Source: Guillardia theta CCMP2712
Taxonomy: Eukaryota; Protista; Cryptophyta
Assembly (NCBI RefSeq): GCF_000315625.1
Contig: NW_005434634.1
Coordinates: 520,531-584,530, forward strand
DNA: 64,000 bases
Direction: 5' to 3'
A program made the translations under genes and the position numbers. Below the pieces are notes generated by a model that was given only the letters and a program-made list of their open reading frames with translations, did no database searches and had not been told where the DNA came from. Positions 21,872 to 33,298 of this stretch are shown in pieces (positions within the stretch are counted from its first letter, which is position 1; each line of letters begins with the position of its first letter).

Positions 21872-24800
21872 ATGCGAGCGGTCGGGATGGAGCTGCTTGT
21901 CACTCTCCTCTTGAGCTTCATCCTCGCACATCCTGCAGCAAGTCAGACGCTCTCATGCACCAAGAAGATGAAGCTCCGCGACATCATCGCCACTTCAGAC
22001 CTACTCGAAGCCTCCGACAGCCTCGGGGAACTCGTCAAGTGCTTGAAGATCGCGGTAGCCAAGGACAAGACATCCTCTCAGCTATGGCGGCGGTTGTCCT
22101 CTGCTGTCGTGAGATACGATGCTGTCGAGGCCTTGCGGCTCATCGAGGATGGTCTGGCTGCTGTCGAGCAGGCGAACGCCCCGGGCTCGGTTGGCCTGTG
22201 GGCCATGAAGGCAGAATTCCTTGACAAGCTCGGATCGGACGAGCAAGCAGAGGCAGCATACAAGGAGACCAGAGCGTTGCTTCCACAGTCAGACCTGACA
22301 TGCTACAATCTTGGCTTCTTCTACATGACCAGGAACAGGTATGATGAGGTAAGTGTTGTGGTGCCAAGTGATCGACAGAACCTAAGATGATCCTAGGCTC
22401 TTGCCGCCTTTCTTGAGGCTGCGAAGCTCAACCCAAGATCGGGACGGAATGCTGAGGCTGTTGGAGCAGTCTACTTCGGCAACGGGATGGAGGAGGAGGC
22501 GCTTCCATGGATGAGAAAAGCTGTCGAGCTCTCACCCGATGAACCCAATGCGAGGATGAACCTTGCGAATGCGCTGGGGAAATTAGAGAAGTCAAACGAG
22601 GCTGTGCAAGCATACATGAATGTGCGACTTTAGGTTTAGCTCTCTCAGATTGATCCTTCTTGAAGGTGTTGAGGTTGGATCCCACCAACGAGGACGCCGC
22701 CTGCAAGTACGCTTATTTCAGTATCCAGGTACGACGACTTTGATTTCTGTGCGGAAAGATGAAACTTCAGGCTGAAGGTTTGCAATTGGAAAGACTATAA
22801 CAACTACATCAAGACGATCAAAACCATCGTCAAGAATTCAATTCGTCAAGGACGGAAATCAAGTTTGACTCCTTTCAACGGCTTGATCATGCCGATCAGC
22901 ATCAGCGATCAACTGCTTCTCGCTAGAAGCTACGCGTCAGCCTCTAGAGCTCAACAGCTTCCTCCTCCTTCCCGCTTTCATCGACGGTCTCTTGCACCTC
23001 CAATGGCTGGAGCTGACATGCGGCAGAGATCGCGTCCGAGTCGGCTACCTGTCTGCTGACTTCCGCAACCACCCCATGGGCAGAGAGCTGTCTGCCCTGC
23101 TGCCTCTGCATAATCGATCAGGAATGAGAATGCGCATTGTTTTGCGCTCTCCTTGACCCTGCCATCCAGATTTCGTCTTCATTTGTTACGCTCAGAACCC
23201 CCCGCACGCAGTTCACGACGGGAAGTACCGGAAGATGGTGAGGAGGACGAGGACGAGGAGGACGAGGACGAGGACTCACTCGTGCTGACCGTGACTGCCA
23301 AGTTCGTCGACTCGTCGGAGGCGCTGAGAGAGATCAACCCGCTGTCGGACGAGGAGGCAGCAAAGATGGTGGGAGCACAAGAGTTCGCCCTCCCATGGAA
23401 GTGACAGTTCGCCTTAGATCCGAGACGACCAAATCGACATCCTCGTTGACTTGATGGGATACACGCACGGGGCGCGGGAGGGGTTGCTTGCAATGAAACC
23501 AGGTGCTCCTCTGCCTTGGCTCCTGCTCTTCCTCCACAAGCTTCGCTCCTCCTTTGCTTCTCCAACCCAGAATGTCCGTCCTTCCGTGATGACATGGAGC
23601 AGGGCGCGTGCAACTCGGCTTCAAGGGCTACATGAGCACGACAGGAGGAGATTTTCTATCCCACCTGGTCTCTGATGCAGTTAGTGTACCTCCTGAGCTT
23701 GCTGTCTTTTACTCCGGTCAGTTGTTGTTGAGAAGGAAACCCATGACGCTTCCTAGAGAAACAGCTGCAGCTCGGAATGCTTTTCTCGTCCTCCACTCAT
23801 GCTATCAATCACCCGGAGATGCTGTCCTCCAGTCTGATCTCGTGAGCCTCTCCTTGCACCCTCCTGCAAGTTGCTCCAGTCACACCACAAGGACAGCCGT
23901 AAGGAAGCTGGTCTACCCGACAAGATGTTTATCTTCGCATGCTTCAACACGCTCTACAAGGTATATCCTTCCTTTTTTCTCCCTTTCCTCTCTCTCCTCT
24001 AGCTCATCACTCGTTGATCTTGAGCAGATAACTCCAACACTCTTCCTTGCATGGCTCAAGATCCTCAAGAACGTCCCCAAGAGGTTTCAGATCCCCAGCC
24101 CATTTGCAGTTGACAGCTCGCAGTGTCCTCTGGTTGCTCGAAGAACCGGCAGACGCGAAGGCACACTTATGCAACTTTGCACGCGAAAGAGGAGGTTGAA
24201 GGAGGAGGCGCTGGTGGTGATGGTGGTGGTGGTGGTGGTGGAGGAGGACGAGGAAGAAGAGGAGGACGAGGACTCATCAGTGACTCTCTCCTACTCAAGT
24301 TGATTGCAAGCGCCTGATCTTCACCAAGAAAGTTCCCCTTGAGAAACATCTGCAGGTGTGCCAGTAGTCTGCTAGGTAGCGGGAGCAGAGATTGTGACAA
24401 TCTGTCAGGTGAAGGCGAACGCAGACTTGTTTCTCGACACACCCATGTACAACGCTCACTCAACAGCCGCCGACGCCTTATGGGCAGGGTGAACCACTTC
24501 GTTGCCTCCCCCCCCTCCCCCCCCTCCCCACCCCCCCCTCAGATGTAGTTGCTGTCTGCCTGCCGTGTATCTCTGCTCCTGGACTCGAACTCACTTCCTC
24601 CTGCGCGCCTGTGACGCACTCATGACAGCGTTCCCGTCCTCACGCTTGCGCGAGAGAAGATGGCCGCACGAGTGGGAGCCTCACTTGCTCTCAGCCTGCA
24701 CATGCCTGAAGTACCCTAGTGTCCTCCCCTGCCGCTCTGATTCTTCACCAGCTCATCGTCAGGAACATGGAGGAGTATGTGAGCGTAGCGACCTTGCTGG

Positions 24801-25032
24801 CTAGGAGGAGGCGGAAACTGCAAAGAATCAGAGAGAAGCTTCTCAGGATGCGGAAGGATAACAAGGTCCTGGCATGCGCGGGAGGAAGTGACAGGAGGTG
24901 AGATAGCAGCAGGTCAGGACGTTCGACGTGCAAGGATGGATGGCAAGTTTTGAACGATCACTTCGGATTAGTCTCGACTTACAGTCGCTTTCTCTTCACT
25001 CACATTTCCACATCATCGCGTACTCACAGTGA
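21872..25032 (+). CDS. TPR-containing glycosyltransferase family 41 (OGT/SPINDLY-like) with N-terminal signal peptide, multi-exon
   Basis: TPR repeats, then YLSADFRNHPMG, GFKGYMSTTG..SDAVSVPP, FACFNTLYK|ITP, LFLDTPMYNAHSTAADALWAG and LIVRNMEEYV. Confidence 0.85.
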
Positions 25033-25126
25033 AACCTGAATCTACTTGCGGACTGAACAATACGGGCCATCAACCACCTTTTTCTCTGCCGCACACATTT
25101 CCTGAACATCCCCTTCCCTCATCAAC

Positions 25127-26553
25127 TTACATCTTCCGTTCCTTACCCAGTCCAACCATTGCAAGCACAGTTGCAGCAGGCACTGGAGCAACGCTCAAGC
25201 TGTTCTGAATGTTCTCGAGCGTCCTCTCCCATGGCTTGTTCTCTAGGAACGTAGGAAGCTGCCGGCTGAGCAGCTCAAACGACATGAACATGATGGCTGT
25301 GTTGGGCACCACACGCATCAGGTGAGGCCCAAGGCCTGAATAGAGACCCCTCCTGCCTTCCTCGCGAGCGATCAAGGCGATTGATTGAAACATGCTCCTG
25401 TATCTCGTCGAGGCCGCTTCCCTCATACGTGTCCGCACAACCTCATGAGGATACGTTAAGATGGACGCAGCAGCCTTGGAACTCCCAGCGGCCAGCAGGT
25501 ACTGCCAAGTCGTGAGCTCCTCAGAACCTGACGAGCCCTTGAGGTTGGAAGCCTTCATGCTTGCCTTCATCTTCTCGTAGAGGAGGAACTGGACAGCTCC
25601 CTCCGACAATCCCCAGTAAGAAGCAAGAAGACCTCTGTACAAGCCCTTGGGGCCCTCTTCTGCCAAGATCTTCTTTGCCGTGGCAACCATCCCCGTGCCT
25701 TGTAGCTGCATCCTCGTCTTCACCATCCACAGGGGGCAGGTGACTGTGCTGCTCAAGCCTCCCGCTGCCACTGCTGATGCCATGTGAGTGGCCGGTCCGT
25801 CTCCTATCACAGGCTCCAGAGCATTTTTCGTTGCCCCATAAGCCCAGAAGTAGCAGGACCGGGTCGGGATGATTCCAACGAGCGATAGCGAGAGTCCTCG
25901 ATACAGTCCACCTACTCCCTGCTCCTTCAGTATTCTCGCTCCGACTCCGAGAGGATTCAGCCCGAGCCCAGCGTTAGCTCGTGATTGCAAGTTCGTCTTC
26001 ACCACCTCCAGCGGACACGTGATGGCAGATGCTATGGCCCCAGCAACTCCACCAGCGAGGAAGTTGCAGACCCCCTGTACCGAAACCTTAGGCATGCGAA
26101 GTTCGGGGAGCTTCAGCTGGGGAATAGAGACTTGCGGGAAAGACTCGATCGAGTCAGCTAGCTTCCCCATCCCTGGGCTGTGAAATGTTCCAACAAACCC
26201 TCGAGGAGGAACCCTATACTGCTGTCCTTGCTGCAAAGAAGCTCCAGCACTAGCCGAGGCGGCACTCACTAGAGATATTTGAGCTATGAGTATGCAAGCC
26301 GAAGCTCTCAGACGTCCTCCCAAAGATCCCCTTCTACTTCCAGAAGATGCACAATTAGCAGTTTGTGCAGAACTCGAGGCACGAGGCAACAAACTAGAAG
26401 ATCGCGTGGACTGATGGAAGGATGTAGTCGTAGGAGAGGACGAGGAAAGGGAGCCGCACAGATATGCGGAGGAGGAAGATGATGATGACGACGACAAGCA
26501 GCAGCAGTGGCAGGACGAGGAGCAGGATCGCCGCCCTCGACCGGCCGGGTGCA
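25127..26553 (-). CDS. Mitochondrial carrier family protein, Rim2/SLC25A33/36-like, with long N-terminal extension
   Basis: Three carrier signatures PLEVVKTNLQ, PLWMVKTRMQ and PHEVVRTRMR. The Trp in repeat 2 is typical of pyrimidine-nucleotide/folate carriers. Start uncertain. Confidence 0.88.
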
Positions 26554-27872
26554 TGGCGGGGGGCCGGATGGAAGGGTCACGGGGCGGGTGACTGATGGGG
26601 GTGGTGGGGGTACGGGGCGAATTCAAAAGGCGAGGTAGGGGTACTGGTTTGATGAATCGGAAGGGGTAGGGGTAGTGAGATCCAGGAAAAGACTAGAAAG
26701 ACGGGTACTCTGAAGTACTTCTAGGTGTGTAGAACGGGGGGTGGTGATGAAAGAGGGTGGTCATATCTGGCATCAGAAGGGTGGGGTCTACTGAACAGCA
26801 GGGTCATTGAGCAGGTATCGAGGTACGCCCGAAAGAAGGGATGAGAGGGGGTAGGGGTAAGGAGAATGCTTCTGTGTAGGGTAGGGGGGGTAGGCGGAGG
26901 GATCTGGCCTCCGATCGTGCGAACGGGGATCCAGTACGGGTGCGTTCCTTGAGAAAAAGAGGGGTGGATCGTGCGAGGGGTGCAATCAATTAGGAAACGA
27001 TGGGGTGGTAGTATCCAACGGTTTCTGCAACGGAAATTGAAGCGACCAGTGAGCTTTGAGACGGTGAAGAAACTTTGTGAAGGGCGGCAGCCGCGGCCCG
27101 GGCACTGATGAGGATTTACCTTGAAGTAAACCGTTAGTTAGGCCCCGTCGAGCTGGCAAGGCCCCCGGGCCGCCCGGGCCCCCGGTCGCGTTGAGTGGGT
27201 ACGTACCGGCGGCGCGGCAAGTTAGGCCGCAGTACGGTAGCCTTGGGCACTGCATGACTTGAACCGTTCAATTGCCAGCCCAGTCACCGAACGGCGGACC
27301 CACATCCGGGCCCGGCGGTCAAGTCGACTCAGTTGAAGTCATTCAGTAAAAGCCTCGACGTCTGGCAAGGGCCAGTAGTCTGCCGACCGGTGGCACTGGC
27401 TTGAAAGTTCTGGCTACTCGAACGGTGCCGCACGTGCTGCTGCGAGCAGCTTGAGCTGTTTATATGTCTCAGTGCCAACGTCACCCCATCACCCCCTAAA
27501 AGCCTATCTAAACAAGGGGTATATGTCAATACCCACCCGTGTGTGATGAAAGCTTACGCACTAGGGCAGTGGGGGGTAGTCACCAGGGCCCTCTAAACCC
27601 ACTTGCTACACCCCCACCTCCCTCCCCCCTTGCCTCCCACCCCCTAGTCAGGCAAAAAAATACCCCACCGTCTAAGATTTACCTCGAATGTACCCCTCAC
27701 TTTTCCCAGTATGTACCCACCCTTCTGAGCAACTGCACCTTCCCTTACCCCCATGCCTATACTCAAGCACCCACCCTTACAAGCAGCTCTTCCTGCAGGG
27801 GGGAATACCCCCCTACCCAATTATTTGACGACAAACGTACCGGTACTGTAAGGTACCTAACGCGAACCTGAG

Positions 27873-30164
27873 ATGGCGGCCATGGCTCAGAGGAAGCGAA
27901 CGGGAAGCGGGATCAGCTTGCGCCCTCGCCTCCTCCTCTCTGTCCTTCCCTGCCTTTCGCTCCTTCTGCTCTCAGCTGTAGATGCGTTTGTCATTCGGGG
28001 TTCTCTCATTCCGCGCAGGGCAACCGCCTCAAATTGGTGCTCCAACCAAAGGATGCCCTCCCTCCGTACGGCTTCCCGTCCCAACATTCTTCGCATGACA
28101 GCCACAGCTCCGGAAGTTGAGACAAACTATGACGAGGTCACTGTTGACAACATCCGCAACATCGCAATCATCGCTCACGTTGACCATGGCAAGACTACCC
28201 TTGTCGACAAGCTTCTTGAAGCCGCGAAGGAGAACATTGACAACGAAGACGGAGGCGATCGTGCGATGGACAGCATGGACTTGGAGCGCGAGAGAGGGAT
28301 CACCATCATGTCGAAGGTGACATCCATGGCATGGAACGGCGTTAAGCTGAACATCGTCGACACCCCTGGCCACGCTGACTTCGGAGGAGAAGTCGAGCGA
28401 GTGATGTCCATGGTTGACGGAGTCTGTCTTCTCGTCGATGCCACCGAAGGACCGATGGCTCAGACGAAGTTTGTGCTGATGAAGGCGCTTGCCCGCGGTA
28501 TCAAGCCGCTGGTGGTCATCAACAAGGTCGACAGGGACACGTCCAGGGTCGACGAGGTCGAGGGCGAGGTCTTCGACTTGATGTGCAACTTGGGCGCCAC
28601 AGATGAGCAGCTGGACTACACGACTGTGTACGCTTCTGGTAGAAATGGCTGGGCTACTCTGTCGCACCCTGATGGACCTCGTGAGAACATGAACGACCTT
28701 CTCGACACCATCGTCAAGACGGTGCCCAAGCCTTCTGTCTTGGATCGTCCGAGCTTTTCCATGGTTGTCACCATGATCGAGGGAGACTCCTTCCTTGGAA
28801 GGATCTGCACCGGCAGAGTGAGCTCTGGCGTAGTCAAGGTCGGTGACACTGTCCAGTCACTCTCTGCCGACGGCCAGAAGGTTGACACTGGACGTATTAC
28901 CAAGATTCTTGCAAGGAAGGGAACGGGCAAGGTTCAGTTGAACTCAGCGAAGGCTGGAGACATTGTACAAGTTGCTGGTCTGCAGAAAGCAACAGTCGCA
29001 CACACTATCTGCTCGCCAGATGTGGAAGAGCCTTTGCCCTCGGTTGCCATCGATCCTCCCACCCTCGCCATGACCTTCTGTCCCAATGACTCTCCTCTCG
29101 CGGGCAAAGACAAGCTTTCAACCAAGCTCACGTCTCAGATGATTGGAGAGCGTCTCAGGGCGGAGGCAGAGAACAACATTGCCATCCGTGTCGCTCCATC
29201 TGAGGAGAGGTCGGAGGCCTACGACGTTATGGGACGTGGTGAGCTTCAGCTGGGCATTCTAGTCGAGAACATGCGCAGGGAAGGCTTCGAGCTTGGCGTC
29301 TGTCCGCCTCAGGTGCTCTACAAGACCGGGCCCAAGGGTGAAAAGCTGGAGCCAATCGAAGATGTAGTCGTCGAGGTGGACGATGAGTTCTCCGGAGCTG
29401 TCATCAACAAGCTCTCCGAGCGAAAAGCCGTTATGACCGACATGCGTCCAGCTGCAGAATCTGGTCGTACTCGTATCACTCTCGAGTGCCCCACTCGTGG
29501 GCTTCTGGGTTATCGCTCCATCTTCTTCACCGACACCAGAGGAACTGGTGTTATGATGCTGCAGTCAGTTGACTCGATCTGACTGGTTGGTAGGAATCAT
29601 GACCAGGGCCTTCAAGGCCTACGAGCCATACAAGGGTGACTTGGAGAATATTCGCAAGGGAGTTTTGGTCTCGATGAAGACGGGAGTTGCAACTTCCTAC
29701 TCCCTCGGCAAGCTTCAGGTCTGCATTCACCTCCCTTGCCTTAAAGGGATCTGACGATAGCTGCAACTCAGCCCCGAGGAGAGATGTTCATCAACCCTGG
29801 TGTGGAAGTCTACCCAGGGATGATCATTGGGGAGCATTCACGCGATAACGATCTCGAAGTCAACCCAATCGAGGCCAAGCAGGTCTGAAGCTCATCGTTG
29901 GAGTACCAATCGTTGCTTATCGCTTGGCAGTTGACCAATATGCGTGCTGCCGGAGCGGATGAGAAGATTCAGCTCACCCCACCCAGAGATTTCACCCTGG
30001 AGGAGATGATCCCCTACCTTCAACCCGACGAGATGGCTGAGGTTCGCAACGCCTTTCCTTTCCTTTGAGTCCTCAGGTCTGAATCCTTCCTGCAGGTTAC
30101 TCCCTCGACTATCCGCATGAGGAAACAGATTTTGGATCCGAACCTTCGCAAGCGTAAGAAGTAA
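27873..30164 (+). CDS. typA: Translational GTPase TypA/BipA with bipartite presequence, multi-exon
   Basis: [52 protein letters not shown]; spliced C-terminal domain ([40 protein letters not shown]). N-terminus ...LLLSAVDA|FV. Confidence 0.95.
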
Positions 30165-30848
30165 GGAGCGAATTTTCCCGTCCTGCCTTTAGCTTCCTTT
30201 CTAGATTTGTTATCTTTAGCTGTGCTTTAATTGAGTTTTGAGTACCTCTAAATCTCATGTCATCGTTAAATTGCATTTCTTCTTGCAAACATTCGCCCTA
30301 TTGCCATATTTTCTTTCTTTGAGACACGAGTATCTATGTCCTTCAGTCACACCAACTTTTGCAACGTCCCCGTCATCATCAATGTGATTTTCATGGTCCA
30401 AGTGCTCGTTTCCCTCCTCCCTCTTGTCCTCCTCATATTCCTCTTCCTTATATTCCTCCTCATCTCATCATCCTTATCTTCATCATCTCCCTACTCGTCC
30501 TCACATTGCTCATCGTTCTCATCTTTCTCATAGATTCCTCATCTTCTTCTTTCTCATCTTGAATCTCCTTCAGCTTCTCCATTTCCTAATCGTACTCTTC
30601 GTGGCTACCATGAACCGCTACTAACAAGGTGGGGTCCTTTTCAAGTGCAATCATGGGGTCATTTGCAGTAATCGAATCCCACGGGTAACTGGACAGGAAT
30701 TAGAGGGGGTGGTTTGGGGATGGCTGGAGTATAGGGTGAGGTAGTTGGGATTCCATATGAAGGGGTGGGGTGAAAAGGCTAGAGAGCAGGGGTGAAGAAT
30801 AGATGGACTTGTTGGGGGTGGGGTGGAAACCACATTCGAAACGGCGGC

Positions 30849-33067
30849 ATGGAGAATTTGAATCTCAATGTCATGCGGGCGAAGGAAACATGGCAGGTAA
30901 GCTGAAGAGAGAAGAAGAGGCCTGGATGATGATGCAGAGAGATGGATGCAGATGGGAAGAGGAGCGAGACGAGGGAGAAGAAAGGGAGAGGAGGGATTGG
31001 AAAGAGAGAGGAAAGGGAGAGGAGAGGTAATCAAGTAGAAATGAGGACAAGGAGGGAGAGATGGAAGAGAAGAGGAAAGCAAAGATATGAGGTGAGGGGA
31101 TAGACGGAGAGGAGACAACTTCAATACATTCCGATTCATATCATAACCATTTCGGCATAGGAGGACTTGCAAACAGAAAGAGAGTACCTCGCCACCAAGG
31201 AGGAATTTTCCAAGACAAAATTTGTTTATCTTGTATGTCAGCTGTCTTTCCTGTCAGTCGTTTGATTGAGATCAACAGGAGCTAGCTACCAAGAGCGAGT
31301 TTGTGAAGGAAATACTAGCAGGCACAGAAGTCGATGCGGATACAATCGACAAAGCGGAAGAAAACTTGGCAGAGGTATGAGGAAAGAAGGATATTTGGAT
31401 CTCCTTAATGGATGTCTTGCTATTGAACAGTCAAAGTCAAGCTGCAAGAAGATCAAAAACAAATGCAAAGCGATGAAAGATGAAATTAATCAAATACTAG
31501 TCCAGACTCTGCAAAAGCAAAGTGAGCTTGAAGCCAACGCAGCTGAGCTCGAGGTCGCATGGCCTTGCGTTGTTCTTGTTGATCTCACTGGGATGAAACT
31601 CGATAGGCTTTGAAGAACGGGCAGAGAGATGAGGAGAACCAGAGCTTGGAAGAGAAGGAGAAGTTGGAAGCGAAGATTACAGAAAAGCAGGTGGGGATCA
31701 TGCCTCGTAGTAAGCCAGAGCTGACAGCTGTGATAGAGCGTGTTGGCCCAACAGGAGGACGACATGCGGGAGTTGGGGCAGAAGAAGCAAGAGCTCGAGA
31801 TCAGAGGTTGCTTTCAACGTCAATAATGTCTTGATAACGGTCATGTAGTCCGAAACCTCGAGCAAGAAGCGGAATCTCTCGCTGCGGACGTGAAGGTCAA
31901 ATATGGTATGCTTCCCTTGAACAAGATTGTTACATGTTTGTTCTAGCATTCTCCCGTCGACATCCACAACAGCCGAATCGCGTCGTGGTACAACAGTGCG
32001 AACTCGCTGCTCAACTCGTTGAGCGGAGGTAGTCTTGCATGACCTGATCCACCTCTGTCGCTCACCCTTCCCCAGTCAAACAAGTTTCCATGCAAGAAAA
32101 CGCCATCCTCATCGAGTTCGAGGTCCAGGCTTTCCATCGAAGGTTCTCCTTGCTCTTTGGCACATTGCCGTCTGAGGCTCGATCAGCGACAAGAAGCTGT
32201 ACTCCATGACTGTTGTTCTCAACCCTTCTGCGACTCTCGCCTACGAGGTCAGGACTTCTTCCCCCTACATCCCTCCCAGTGTCATGACGTGTTCGTGCAG
32301 CTTCGCCTTGAACCGCCTGACATCGATGCGTCTGACCTAGAGAATGCCTACTTGATCGAGGTTCCTCGCTCCCTCCTGCTGCACCTTCACGCGCTCCTTC
32401 CTTGATTCTCTCAGTTCCCTCCCTCTTTTCCAACCCGGCATCGCTACTTCTTCGACTCATCTTTGTCCCTCCAGTGCCCCGACGGCAATCTTGCCAAGTT
32501 GTTTCAGGTTCGATCCCCGTCCGCTAGTCACCGGACTCACTCAACTACAGGAAGTGAAGAATCGGCTAGCTTGCCGACTCGCTCTGGAGAGCGAACTAGA
32601 CACTCTCCGAAACAAGTTCTCGGTGCTGCCTCTCCCTGCCTCCCGCCAGCATGATGCTCTTGGCAGATTGAGATCGCAGAGGAAGGAAGCCTCCTCGTCG
32701 TCTGCGTTTCTCCTCTCGCCTCTCGGAACCTCGCCAGGTGCCCCCCCCTCCCTCCCCCTTACAGATTCTCTGCATCTCTCCCTCCCTCCTCCCATCCCCC
32801 CCCCCAACTCTCTCTCGATCCTCCCTTCTGCGTCTCTTCTTATCGCTTCCTTCAGGTCTCCGGCGAAGGCTCTCCCCAAGTGGCAGTGTGAGGTACACCA
32901 GCTGCTGGTCCCCCACTCCCCTCACCCTCTCTCAGATAAGCATCGAGGCTGACTATCCTCGGCCGCACATCCTCCCCGAGCTCGTTCAGGTCCAGCAGGC
33001 GGTGACTCACCAACGTCTCACTCGCGCCATCAGGTGCGGTCGGGCGCCTTCGCTTCTCCCGGCATGA
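30849..33067 (+). CDS. Putative Zwint/Sos7/Kre28-family outer-kinetochore protein (coiled coil plus RWD-like C-terminus), many short exons
   Basis: Manual splicing gives MENLNLNVMRAKETWQ|EDLQTEREYLATKEEFSKTKFVYL|ELATKSEFVKEILAG...AEENLAE|SKSSCKKIK, resembling the Sos7 motif (FSKLKFSYLEQETKEKFL). Later exons give WYNSANSLLNSLSG and an RWD-like ISIEADYP. Confidence 0.55.
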
Positions 33068-33298
33068 AGCGTGAGCGCGCCATCATGGAGGTGGTCAACC
33101 GGACGGGCCACAGGTGCCGACAAAATCTGCATGTTCCAACACTCACTTCCCGCAGAACCGTCGCTGCCATGGTCGCCGACGCCTCTGCTAGGTTGGGGCT
33201 CTGAGGCTGCAGCTGATGGAGGCGTGAGCTGTGCTTGTATAAGTGAGATAAGATTAAAGATTGAACTAGAAAGAGTAGGAGAAGAAGTGACGAGAGAA

